A DNA stretch of 64,000 nucleotides, taken from positions 868,001 through 932,000 of the forward strand of contig JAUPSS010000004.1 in assembly GCA_040285825.1 (NCBI GenBank). The letters run 5' to 3'. The notes beneath the pieces are model-generated. The model did not search any database and was not told where the DNA came from. It saw nothing but the letters and a program-made list of their open reading frames with translations. The translations under genes and the position numbers were made by a program. Positions 35,395 to 47,778 of this stretch are shown in pieces. Source of the stretch: Eukaryota sp. TZLM1-RC. Taxonomy: Eukaryota > Protista > Metamonada: BaSk clade. Position 1 is the first letter of the stretch, and each line of letters starts with the position of its first letter.

Positions 35395-38300
35395 TTTGCC
35401 TTATATTTATCAATTTTAGTGTTTTCGGCAACAGCCAACAAAACAAAAGAGGTTCTAACGGATCACTTTGCTTCACACCACTTGATGAAATCAAAATGCA
35501 AAATTACCGAAAGCGGGATTTTTAGTTTTGGCCAAGCCAAGTCTTACTTCATAGTCCAAGCCTTCATATAATTTAACCAGATGGTGCTGAAGCTTTTTCA
35601 AGCAAAAACGTAAATTTGGAAGTGATCGGGTGGGAATTTTTTTGAACATTTTGAGGAAAACACTGAATCCAGATATCACTAGGCAAATTATCTAATTCGA
35701 TTTGAAGTTGATTCAAATAAAAATTTGATTCACCATTGATCAGATGAACATCAAAAGGAAACCTTTGGAAAAATTCAAAAACAAAATTTTTACCACCTCC
35801 CAAAAATGCTGCTTTACACAGAATCGAAGATTTGGTGAATCCAATTCCACCCAAATCTGCTGAACAAAATACATGACTTCGAATTAAAGATTCATTTACT
35901 TCTAATAAAGAAAAAAATTTGACTCGAAGTTTGTTAAAAGATCTGCAAAAATTGAGAGATACCGATGGGGAGTTGACCTTAAAAGATGAGTGAATTTTCC
36001 AGAATAACAAATTTTTAAAATAAAAAATTTGATGTGTTTCTCAATGTCACATTCAGCAATAAAACTAAGATCCTTGTCAAACTTCTCCAATAAATTGTTT
36101 AACTGGGAATAAATTTCATCCAAATTGCCAAGCCAACATCCAAGAAACTTAAAAGCTTGTTGGTCATAATTGATAAAAGGAATCTGAGTTCCACCAATCA
36201 TCAAAGATTGTTTTTCTCTACCAATCAAGAGACATTTAGATGGGTTCAAAGCTAATCCAATTTCTTTGTATTTCGCCGCAATGTCTTCAGAGACCCAAAA
36301 GAACCAATAATAGAAATGTCATCCATATAGGCAACAATACGCAAATCTTTTTTTTTAAAGAACTGGAATATTTATTGAGATAAAAATAACCATCTAGAAT
36401 TCAATATCCTCCAAACAAGCGTCACTATAACTGAACCTACTCACAGCATTACGTTCATATTCTACACCAATAGCTAAAAGTGCCTTTGAAATCATTGTTG
36501 GAATAGACTTGAAAATGCAAAAAACAATTCTATTTAACCAGAAAGTGGAGTTCATTGTTTTACCAGACCTATTCAGTAACACTTTTTAAAATTTTCCAAA
36601 AAGTGCAAGCCTGAAGGTCCAATATTGCCAAAAAGAGAAATTGCAAACGGCACAAACTGATATTTCACATGTTCCACTCTACCTAACTGTGCCAAAGGTT
36701 CTTCATATTTTTTTATCTTCTTTTTTTCGGCGTTAGATAACGGCGAGTCAGCGGAATACACTAAACGAGCAGCAGAATTTTTGCAAACATCCACTGAGAC
36801 AACGTCTACAACATTGAGAACACCAACGATCCCTGGAGCTACTAAATCTGCCCTTCTTTTTACCAAAGGAATCATCAGTTTGATCTGAAGACAGCTTACG
36901 TACTAGTGGCTCAATAAATGCCTCTATATTGAAACTTTTGCACATGGCATATAATTGATCACGAACTGAGTCGTGAACAAGTGAGCGATAAGTTATGAAA
37001 TACTTACAGTTTAAAAATATGGGAAAGCGTAACAACACTCTTGCAGCGACAAATTAAATCATTTGGCAATGAACAAGGCCATAGAAAACATCTCAATCTC
37101 ATTGCAGTGGTCCATTGGTGATCATTAAGTAGAAGGCCGTAAATGTTGGGAATTTGGGAGATTAAGCAACTTGAGCAACTGTCTTCAAGATCAATCAAAA
37201 AGTTTGCAAAAACGGGATTTTTTTCCTTAGCCAAGCTAAGACGTACAATATAATCCAAGTTTTCTAAAACTTTCAAAATTTTTTTCTGCAATTTTGCAAA
37301 AGTCAATGGTAAGGAGAGCAAGCTTCTTGAAGGAAGTTCCACAATATCAGAGGGGAAACATTTAGCCCAAATATTGGGTGAAAGAGTTTCAATTTCCTGT
37401 TGCAAAGAAATAAGATAGGAGCTGCCACAATTTTCAATGAGATGAATTTTTTCAGGAAAACGATTCACAAATTCATAAATAAAATTCTTTCCACCTCCAA
37501 TAAAAGCAGCTTTACAAAGGTAGCTTGACTTATGAAAATCAACACCACCAAAATTTGTACCACAAAAATGTGGCTTCGTAACTGAGATGCATCAATTTCC
37601 AATAATTTTGCTAAAAAATTAGTTCTTTGTTCATTAAAAATGCGACAGAACTCCAAGGAAATTGATGGTGATGTTGATCTCAAAATATGAGTAAATTTTC
37701 CAGAATAACACATTTTGAGGAAAAAGAATTTCAAATGTTTCTCAATATTTAAATTTTCTATTGATTCTAATTCATTTCCAAATTGAGTCAACAGAGTCGA
37801 AAGTTGGCTTTTGACTTCATCAATATTTCCGAGATAACAACCCAAAAAACGAAAACCAGACTGATCATAATTGATAAAGGGGACATTGACATCATTAATG
37901 AAAAAATCAATTGGTTCATGGCCAATAATCAAACATTTGGAGATATTCAATGAGAGACCAATATCTTCATAACGCTGTTGAATAAAAGTTGCTATTTGTT
38001 TCAGAATTGTAATAGGAGCAATTACAGAAATGTCAGCCATATATGCTACAATATCTATTTCTGGGAACTTTTCTTTCAATTCGCACATTAATGGATGAAT
38101 TGCCAGACAAAAGAAAAAAGGACCAAGTGGATCACCTTGTTTAACACCTGAAGACGAAAGCAGGTCAAAATTTTCATAGACCAATACGCAAATCAGGGAA
38201 ATCTTGTTGTGTCATTTTCATAATATTATGAATAGCCAAACAAAACAGCAAAGGGCCAAGAGGATCACCTTGTTTCACACCAGAAGAAGATTCAAGGGTA

Positions 38301-38690
38301 AAGGAGTCAAAAATTCAGTCTGATTTTTTTCTATAAAATAAATAAAAATATGCAGAAAGTTCAGGAAAATCTTGGAGAAGCACATCAAAAATACAATTAC
38401 GTTTCACAGAATTGAAAGCATTTTTGAAATCCAAACTGAAAATATATTGATGTTGTTGACTATTGAAAAAAACATCTGAAGTCATTGAAGCAACAGAAGC
38501 ACCTTCAACAGTTTTTATACCAAATTGGAAAGGCTTCAAATAGTCCCTTGCTTTAGTAGAAATTCTGTTAAAAATAAGCGAAGAAAGCAATCTGGTTAAA
38601 GACTCTCCAATAGCAATTGGTCTAACTCCATCAGGTTTGTCACCTTTACCAGGTTTAACTAAAGCAACTAAACTGCAGCAGCCAATTCAG
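35395..38690 (-). mobile_element. CRE-like retrotransposon, subfamily D (RT region; truncated at both ends; interrupted by an A copy)
   Basis: GVRPIAIGESLTRL, FQFG, LDFKNAFNSVKR, GVKQGDPLGP, PDLRIVAYMDD, KCLLIG, FLGCWLG, GGIGF. Confidence 0.9.
36348..38181 (-). mobile_element. 5'-truncated CRE-like retrotransposon, subfamily A (1834 bp), nested in D
   Basis: 13-bp TSD caatacgcaaatc at 36335-36347 and 38182-38194; polyA tail; RT GVKQGDP/YMxD, zinc knuckle, RADL..D..EKKK RLE. Confidence 0.95.
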
Positions 38691-39127
38691 GCGCAAAATC
38701 ATTGAAATAATGGAAAAGCAAGTTAAAAATTCTGGTTTATTGTTAGATTGTGATGTCACTTGAAGGCTCAAATCAGCAGCTGTGTAATGAATGAAGAGTA
38801 AATCCACTCCAAGGTGGTGGAAGAAATATTTTATATTTTTTAATTTTGGGAAAAAGCTGATAAAAATGATATTTTAACGGACAATTGTTCGAAAACAAAA
38901 ACAATTTATTATTAACCTTTATTTATTGGATTTTATTCAACAAAAATTAGAAAAACGTTGCAAAAATTATTACTGGTTTCGAACATGAGGGTCAATTTGA
39001 ACCATTTAAAGAGAAAAAGTTTTCGGGAAAAGATGTTGATCAATCTTATTGTAGTTATTTATTAAACATGCACACTTGACAAAAGAACTCTTAACCAATG
39101 GAACGAAATTCATTGAACAGAGTATTC

Positions 39128-41000
39128 CTCTACAGAATCTTGATCTGCTTGCTGTCTAGCTAAGGTCTCTTACAGCATCATGAACCTTGCTTCTAAAAGT
39201 AATAAAATTTTTACAATTTAACAAATGAGTAATTGTAATTTTTCGAGAACATTTACAAATTAAATTATGAGGTTAATTTTTAGGCCAGATAAAGAAACGA
39301 AATCTCATATTCAGAGTCCAAGCAGAATCGGTTAAGCGAGTACCATAAACTTGAGGAATTGTTGTTACTAAGGCAGAAGAAGTACTGTCACACATATCTT
39401 GTAAAAAGATTTGCAAAAGCGGGATTCTTTTTCTTGGCCAAGCCAAGTCTAACATCAAAATCCAAGCTTTCAAAAATCTTTTACAATTTTTGTTGAAGTT
39501 TTTACAGCAAAACTGCAAATTAAAAAGAAAATGGCTTGAAATAAAGTAATATAATGTATACAATTTAACAGATGAGTAATTGAATTTTTCCGAATACATT
39601 TACATATGGTGATCAATCCTCATTCCAATTTGAACAATATTTGACTAAAACTGAAAATAGATAAATGTAACATTAATAAACAAAGTTATTTATGAAATAA
39701 ACCACAGTACTTTATAATCTTCTACTTCTTGATCGTCTGGCAAACTTTTCTTTTTACAACGTTCTACCCTTTCAGCAGCTTTGGAAAAACCAGACTTCTT
39801 GGCCTTTTCGTACTATTTAATAGCTTGGTGAAGGTCTTTAGGTACACTTTTACCGTGTTCATAACAATTACCTGAATTAAACATGGCTATTTCGAAGTAC
39901 CAGATCTCAGTTTGAATTTAAGTGATCATTTGATATAGTTTGTCTTGGTTGGTTTTTAAATGCTAATTAATCATCATTTTTTTATCAAACAATATTTGAC
40001 TAAAACAGAAAATAAAAAAATGTAACATTAATAAACAAAGTTATTTATGAAATAAACCACAGTACTTTATAATCTTCTACTTCTTGATCGTCTGGCAAAC
40101 TTTCTTTTTCAACGTTCTACCCAATTCGGCAGCTTTTTGGTAATAAAACACTGCTTGAGAATAGTCTTGTTTAACACCAATACCATTGAAAAAACAACAA
40201 CCTAAACAATTCATTGCACTAGCATGACCAGAATCAGCACCTTTTTTGAACCAATAAAAAGCCTGTTGATGGTCTTGATCAATATCTTTGCCATCTCTAT
40301 AACAAACACCTAAATTAAACATAGCTCTACTATTACCAGCTTTAGCTGCCTTGCTAAACCAATAATAGGCTTGTTGGTAATCCTTTTCTACACCAAGACC
40401 ATGGTTATAACAACAACCTACTCTATTAATAGCACGAACATGGCCAGCATCAGCAGCTCTATGGAACCAAAAAACTGCTTCTTGGTAGTGTTCATTATAA
40501 TAAAATCCTTTTCCTTTTTCATACATTTCTTCAAATATGGACTGCAATTGGGAACTAACAGATGAGAATCATCAGGAAATCTACGATAAAATTCATAAAT
40601 AAAATTCTTGCCTCCATCCAAATTTGCTGAAGAAAATAAGTGACTTATCAACATTCCTGGTTCTACATCTAATAAATCAGCCAAAAATTCTGTTCTCAAT
40701 GAATTAAAGGAACGACAAAAATCTAATGCTATGGAAGGAGCACAAGATTTCCAAATGTGGGTTATTCTCCGAGTGTAGCAAATTTTAAGCACAAAAATTT
40801 AATGTTTTTCTAAATCTGAAGAAGAAATTGAATGAAGTTCAATTTTCCTTTTTTTTCCAAATAAGCTTGTAATTCATTCTGAAGTTGAGACACATTTGTT
40901 AACCAGCAACCAAGAAACTTAAAAGCATCACTACTATAATTAGTAAAAGGGACAATAGAATCGTTTATCACTAGATCTTTAGCAGAAGGCACATGCCAAT
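39128..41000 (-). other. Patchwork of CRE subfamily B/C fragments and Sel1-gene 3' fragments
   Basis: Short pieces matching 28232-28264, 43740-44105 (in rearranged order), two Sel1 gene 3' ends, the flank 13695-13785, SLRs 40125-40530 and a C-family RT thumb 40530-40990. Confidence 0.8.
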
Positions 41001-42753
41001 CAGAAGGCATGTGCTCGCATCACCATTTACACCATCAATTGTATTTTGCAGCAATAATTCCTCAGCTGACCGTGAAGCCCTTTGAGTCATATGAAGATTA
41101 AGTTTACGTCCTTTCTGTCTCACAGATTGAGTTAACGGTTAACATTCAATGAACTCCTTGAATATTACATCTTGTTTTGTATCAATCGGTACAGAAGTTG
41201 AATCAACACTGAGTGAATAACTACATTTATGCATAGTTTTGGGTTTTCTAATAGCTTTTGAGGTTATTTTTCCCCTTTTCCTCAGTAGCAGGTTCTTGTC
41301 TTACAATTTTTGCTGTTGACTTTCTTTTTTCTGGGTTGACTTTCTAGTCTTGTTCCAGACTGTAGGTACTCTTCAACATCTTTGGTTCTAGCTTTTTTGC
41401 ACCTTCAAAATTAAGTGATTTGGTCAAAGCATCTAAATAGTAAAAACATTTCGTATTATTAAAATTTAAATGAACACTAGAGGCCGGAACATTACTAGAG
41501 CGAGTGGCACATGTGTCAATAGAACTAGTGGAATCAAAAAAACCAACAAGTGCATAGTCTTTGAATCTTTGACAAAAAAATTAACCAATGAAAAAGGGAG
41601 TATTTATTGATGCAGATAAAATTAGCAAAGGATGTAATTTCTGAAAGAATAATGTTTGACCCATTGAGAAATGAATTATCAGTAAATGACATTATTCATA
41701 GTCAAAGTAGTTTTGGTTAATTCAAAATGACCATCAGCAGCATAACGAAGAAAAACAGTTTCTAAATAAATAATAAAATCAGTAGTAAAAATTGAAACAT
41801 CAAAAAGCAACAATATGGTTAACAAGAGCAATAAGAGATGAATTATTAATACCAACAAGAGTCAACATTAGTAAAAAAACAACTACATGGTTAATACCAA
41901 CAAGAGTTTGGGATAAATGACCAATAGGTGAGGAATCAGACTAAATAACTTCTGAATTATCAACAGTAAATAGGGGATCAGCAAATGAACAAATTACAGT
42001 GATAGTAGAGGTAGTGGTGACGTGGGTAGTGGAGGTGGGGGTGGTGTGGGTTAAAAAAATCAGTGATGGTGTAACAACATTGGTGGAACAACATTTGAAG
42101 AAAGATAAACATGATAAGGGCTTGGCGAAGTATTGGAAAAAAATGGGGGTGTAATCATTTTGGTATGAAATTTGTATGAGTCTTTTGACAACACTACTGT
42201 GAGTGCAAATTAATGAAATTGATTAATTAGTTGATCAATTAATTGAATTACGGTGGCGTGACATCATGTTTTCCTTATTTTGTGACCCTTGCTCGTAACA
42301 GCTGAAGATTTATTGGATAAAAATCATTGAATATTATTACCCAACCAGCAGTTTGTGAAAATCTTTTGGTCTCGTTTGCACCATGCCACCATGTCAATTG
42401 AATTTACTTACAATACTAAATTCACCACTCTATCACTCTAAAAGTTTCCTGATTTTCTGGTTAGCATTAGATGGTGATGATGAATTTGTTATCATTTACG
42501 TATACTAAAATTGAACATCACACCTCCAGCACAAAAACAGGACTTGTTCAAATGGGGGGATGTTGTCCATTCAATCAATGGTGGTTTTGACACATATTTG
42601 TATTTTCTTTATTGTTTTGATGACCAATGATATTATTGACAATAAACACGTTTATTCTTGGAACAGACACATTTTAGAACTCAACTGAAAACCTTAACTA
42701 ATGCTTTTACCTATTCAAACCCCATCAGTTGAATGACGGGAGTATTTGGTCGT

Positions 42754-43122
42754 TCACTTGAAGTACAACTCGCTTGTTGTAAAACTCCGTAATGTTATTA
42801 CAATGAAATAAATATAACCAGAAAGAGCTTTCAATAACGAAAAAATGATATTGTTTTTCCAAACCAAAAAATCGAAAATGCGACCAGTTTCCTTGAGAAG
42901 TTTTCCTAATTCATTTAAAAAATTGAGACCATTAGTATAAAGAGTATCAATAATAGAAATAGCAATTGGGACAAATTTGATGTTTCTACCTCTTGCTCGA
43001 TTAAGACGTTGTAGAAGGGCTACTTGCTTTGATTTCTTGAAAAGCTCTGGAACTTTGAGTAAATTTCGAATGTCAGAAGTGGAACTTGTTTTTCCCTGTG
43101 ATGCCGTTAGGCAGATGAACAC
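42754..43122 (-). mobile_element. Diverged CRE-like RLE C-terminus (subfamily E)
   Basis: ELFKKSK...KFVPIAIS..GLNFL..FDFLVWKNNIIFSLLK parallels the A, B and C C-termini. Confidence 0.7.
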
Positions 43123-43433
43123 ACGAGGGAGAAAGAGAAATCTAAGTTTATTAATAAAACTGTTTCATAAACGAGTATCACGTCATCAGTCAAAAATACA
43201 AAGATACCTACTGATTCAATTTGAGTTCGACAATAACACCTGGAGATACGGTAGTTCAATCGATAGTTAGTTCAGCTCCATCAAACCATGAACATTGAAC
43301 GTCACCTCGTTTTGATGTTATTTACATCTACATAGCATTTTATGGTGTTAAAAACTCAAATATTATCAAATTACCAACCCATAATTGATACCTGCGAACC
43401 TCATTTAAATTTACATATTGTGGTAACAAGTCG

Positions 43434-44699
43434 TGAGAACAGAATTTTTTGCTGATTTATTGGATGTAGAACCAGGAATGTTGAAAGGCCATTTATTTTC
43501 TTCAGCAAATTTGGGTGGTATTGGTTTTACTAAATCTTCAATTTTGTGTCAATCAGCATTCTTGGGTGGTGGCAAAATTTTATTTATGAATTTTCTCGTA
43601 GATTTCCTGATGATTCTCATCTGTTAGTCCCCAATTGTAGTCCCTATTTGTATGAGTTATCTTGTGAACTTGAAAAATTACCGCCACAAATTTGGACCAA
43701 ATGTTTTCCTCAATCAATTCAAGAAATTCCAAACCGTTCTCTATTTAATTTACAGTTTTGCTGTAAAAAGCTTCAACAAAAATTGTCAAAGATTTTTGAA
43801 AGCTTGGATTTTGATGTTAGACTTGGCTTGGCCAAGAAAAAAAGAATCCCGCTTTTGCAAATCTTTTACAAGATATGTGTGACAGTACTTCTTCTGCCTT
43901 AGTAACAACAATTCCACAAGTTTATGGTACTCTCTTATCCGATTCTGCTTGGACTCTGAATATGAGATTTCGTTCCTTTATCTGGCCTGATAATTTACCT
44001 CATAATTTAATTTGTAAATGTTCTCGAGAAATTACAACTACTCATTTGTTAAATTGTAAACATTTTATTACTTTTAGAAGCAAGGTTCATGATGCTGTAA
44101 GAGACCAGTTATATTGTATGTGTAAATCTCATAGAATTGAATCCTTCTTGGAACCTCTGTTGTCAAATCTGTTTGATGCTGAAAATGATTTTCATAAGAA
44201 TGATAGAGGTGATGTCATATTTCCTGGATTAGATGGAAGCTTTATTTTATTGGATGTAATGTCTGTTGATCCTTGTAATGCCTCAAATGAAAGGCTTGTT
44301 AATTCTGAAATTCATAATCCCCTTTCAAATGCTGAAAATTTTAAATTCAAAAATACAATGAACTTTTGTCCAAATTGGCCAGTCTACAGCATGCAAAAAT
44401 ACAATTTGTATCCATTTGTATTTTCCTTTTGGTTCACTTGCACCAACTGCTTTACGTTTTTTGGATGATTTTTGAAATGATTGTAAAGAGAAGAACTGGC
44501 AGAAATTTCAACAGATTGTTTTGGCAAAATAGAATTGTGTTTTCTATTTTTAAGGGGATGTTGAAGATGGTTTCTGGTGCTTTGCTTTCTCTTGGATCTC
44601 ACTATGAGAGAGTTGCATCTAGTGTTTTTGTTTTGGGAGAGATGGATTTATTAGATGTTGATTTATAGGTTTAGAATAAAATTAAATTTTAAAAAAAAA
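43434..44699 (+). mobile_element. 5'-truncated CRE-like retrotransposon, subfamily C
   Basis: GGIGFTKS..AFLGGG, CKC..HLLNC..HDAVRD, RGDV..D..ENFKFKKY; AATAAA and (A)9 tail. Confidence 0.9.
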
Positions 44700-47600
44700 T
44701 CTTGGTAAATATTGAATTTTGTGTGGGATTGAATACTAAACTGAGTTTGTCAAGACTTGAGCTATGACGACTTATTCTTTCACATTGGACACGATTACCT
44801 TGTTTATTACGAGTTTCTGTAAATTGGAATAATAAATTAGTAATTGGAGAGTGAAAAAAAGGAGGATCAAATTTTAAAAATTCTTCACGCCCAGGAGCAC
44901 TACCAGACTCATCTAAAACTAGTAAGTTTTGTTGCCGATAAAAAGAATTTTCAGTAATTAAAAGACTCATCCACTTTGATCATTAATCCATAAATGAATC
45001 AACTTGAGATTTTAGCTGGAAAGTTGCATCTTTGCCAATACCTTCAATATACGTGACATCTTTGACTCTTTTCGGTCCAATTTTAGCTCGATTGAGTGCA
45101 CTGTTAACAAAAATATCAGAGCCACAGTATTCAGGAGGCAGAAAACGAAAACATTAGAGGAAAATGAAAAAGTGGCGACAATTTGAAGTAGAAATGTTTT
45201 CGCAAAACTATCTTTTTTGATTGTAAGGTATGGAAAGTTAAAATTTGAATCATCCACAAAGTCCAATTGTTCCACAAATTCCTCATCTTCTTTCCCCTTT
45301 CGATTGACCTTGCTGACGTCATCATTTTGACTGTGTATGGGTAACGATTGTGTAGTTTCCGATACTTGACGAGAACAAACTAGAGGAGCACAACGTTCCA
45401 TAAAAGAACTATAACTAATCACTGGAATATCATCGTCAAGGTTAGGGTTAGGGTTAGGGTTGGTATCAGAAATTTGTGGATCGGAAACCATGGAGTCAAG
45501 TTGGCAATCACCATTGTCGACTTGGGAGTAACAAAAAGCTACCCCCTCTGCAATCAAATCTTCATCACTATCATCATCAACAATGCTGACGTCATCGTGA
45601 TCCCCACTTGTAACTCACTCGTCACCGCATCCTGACACGTGTCAGGATGCGGTGATTGAACAGCTCACTACGTCGAGGTTGGGGAACAAGGCCAAATTTT
45701 GAAAATTCTTGTCGTACTTGGATAACAACATCGTGAAGTTCCTGAAGCCAAAAAAGTGACAAGAAATAGGGTAATTCTTCAATAATTTCTTGGGGATTTT
45801 CTAAATTATCAATAATATAACCCTTCTTCTTGATGAACCACAGATAAGCATCAACCCCAGCAACTAGATCAGACCTCGATCCACCAGAAAAATTCAATAA
45901 TGATTTCATACCGGCAGCTGGATTACCCATTGGTGTCTTGATTGGACACTTTCGGTCAGATATACAAGCAGCAATGATGGCGTATTCACCCAACCCCAAA
46001 CAACAGCCATAAAAGGCCATTTTAGCAGCCTTAATTGATAGGGGCACTGATAAAACAACTCTTCCCATTGAAAAAGTGTATGGGAGTTTTGGGTAAGGTC
46101 AGAATTTTCGTTGACAATAACCCCTTCCCTAATTAAAACATTATAAGCTTGCGAAACACGATTGAGATAAGGGGTGCAGGCAAGGATTGTAGTAGCTGTT
46201 CAGGCTCAATTACCCCTATATTTAAGCAACTCATTACTAAACGTGTTAGCGAAACTCTGAGCGTCATGGGTTTACTTTCTTCGAGTAGACAATTGTCATA
46301 CAAAAAATTTGGGATCATTCTAACCACTACCCCAGGCCCCAACCTTTCAACTCGACCCTCAAGTTGAGTTAATAACTGTTTCGACGCCCAGGTTTCCACT
46401 AGAATGTCGTTCCGCTCAGCTTCTTTATACCAAACTTCCTTATGAACACACGTGTCGATTACGATATTAATGTCAGGAATTGTAAGCGAAGACTCTGCGA
46501 TATTTGTTGCTAAAATAACCTTTACTCTGTTTCTTCTTCTTTTTGATTTAGGCTTTAAGGCCTTTTCATTATCTTTCGAAGACAAACTGGAGTGAAGCAT
46601 GCAAACGTCAATTTTGCCAGCGATTGGTGACGTGGCAAAGGCATCTGCAAGCTCATTAATGATACCCATTCCAGGTAAAAAGATCAGAATTCCATTGACT
46701 TTATGGAAATGTCGAGAAAATAATTTTTTTCTTAATTATGCCCTCTACAAAGGTAGGTAATTGCTGACGAATTTCAAAATTACATCGAACAGGGACAGAA
46801 GGGTCTGAAAAAAATTGAAATTCCGAATTATCATAGGTGAAATATCGTCCAAAAAGGGAATCATCCAAATAATACCTGAAAATTTCAAATTTACGACCAG
46901 AAACTTGTACACTTGTGTGCAATCGTGAGGGAATATTTGAATAAAACTTACCAAACTGCTCCTCAGACTCTGACCCCAACATACGGTTAGGGTTAGGGTT
47001 GAAATTTGAAACGTATTGATCTGCGTATAAATCTGCCAAATTACTTGTGGGCAAAGTGGCAGACATGAACACATTTCTTGATGGTTTTTTTCGCCAATAA
47101 GAACTTACACAAAGTCAAACAAAGTTCACCATCAACGTCACGATTATGGACCTCATCAAAAATCAAAACATCAATTTGATTGCTTCCATTTTGGTCGCTC
47201 AAAATTGACTTTAAAAGACCCTGACACACCCCATTCGTCACAAATTTAATCCTACAATCAGATGTGAAACAAGCATCCCCTCCGATATGATACCCAATTA
47301 GAGAAGGAAAAAGGAGTCCCCATTCATTGGAAACTCTTCTAGCTAGAGTGTAGCAAGGAACTCTTTGTTGTTGGGAGACGACTATATGGGGTAGAGGAAC
47401 ATTGGATTCAGCAGCATCGTCAAGAATCATTTTGGCTAGTTGGGTTGATTTTCCTATTGTTAGTTTGTTTAAAAAAAGATGGGAATGGAAAATTCAACAA
47501 CTTAAATGAAATAGAATAACAACTCGGGATTCATATAAATGTTGGGTCATTATTACCGGAATATGGTCCACACAATAAAAAAACCAAGTAATTTCAACTA

Positions 47601-47778
47601 AAACAACATTTAATTCAAATAATTTGGTAAGACCAAATCCCACACTAACTCAACATACCAGAACCAATTTCAGCAGCAATAGTAAAAATGATTTACTGAG
47701 GCTCATATGAAGTTCCTTGTTTCGTATATTGCCCAATGGTTGTTTATTACAATCATTGATCAAATCTTTAAAGTCCAT
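44700..47778 (-). pseudogene. DExH-box RNA helicase, TDRD9/Spindle-E-like; two exons; frameshifted; 3' end cut by a CRE-C insertion
   Basis: AAEIGS|GKSTQ (across the intron), GYHIG, DEVH, MSAT, LIFLPG, LATNIAESSLTIPD, WASK..QLEGRVER, HA2 region NFSGGSRSD. Confidence 0.85.
47454..47658 (-). other. Spliceosomal intron (205 nt, phase 1)
   Basis: GTATGT donor and ACTAACAATAG branch point/acceptor; splicing restores Walker A GSGKST. Confidence 0.9.

Noticed and set aside
35395-38690. RT beside variable repeats suggesting a DGR, retron or group II intron
   Set aside because: The RT carries a downstream zinc knuckle and RLE with polyA and TSD (non-LTR retrotransposon); no template/variable repeat pair with adenine-specific differences was seen.
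41000-42200. Possible 5' region of a CRE element (ORF 58192-58542 in the duplicate)
   Set aside because: It is adjacent to an RT fragment but has no zinc finger or RT motif, so the assignment cannot be supported.
45461-45470. TGGTATCAGA resembling a tRNA-iMet PBS
   Set aside because: It lies within helicase coding sequence with no LTR upstream.
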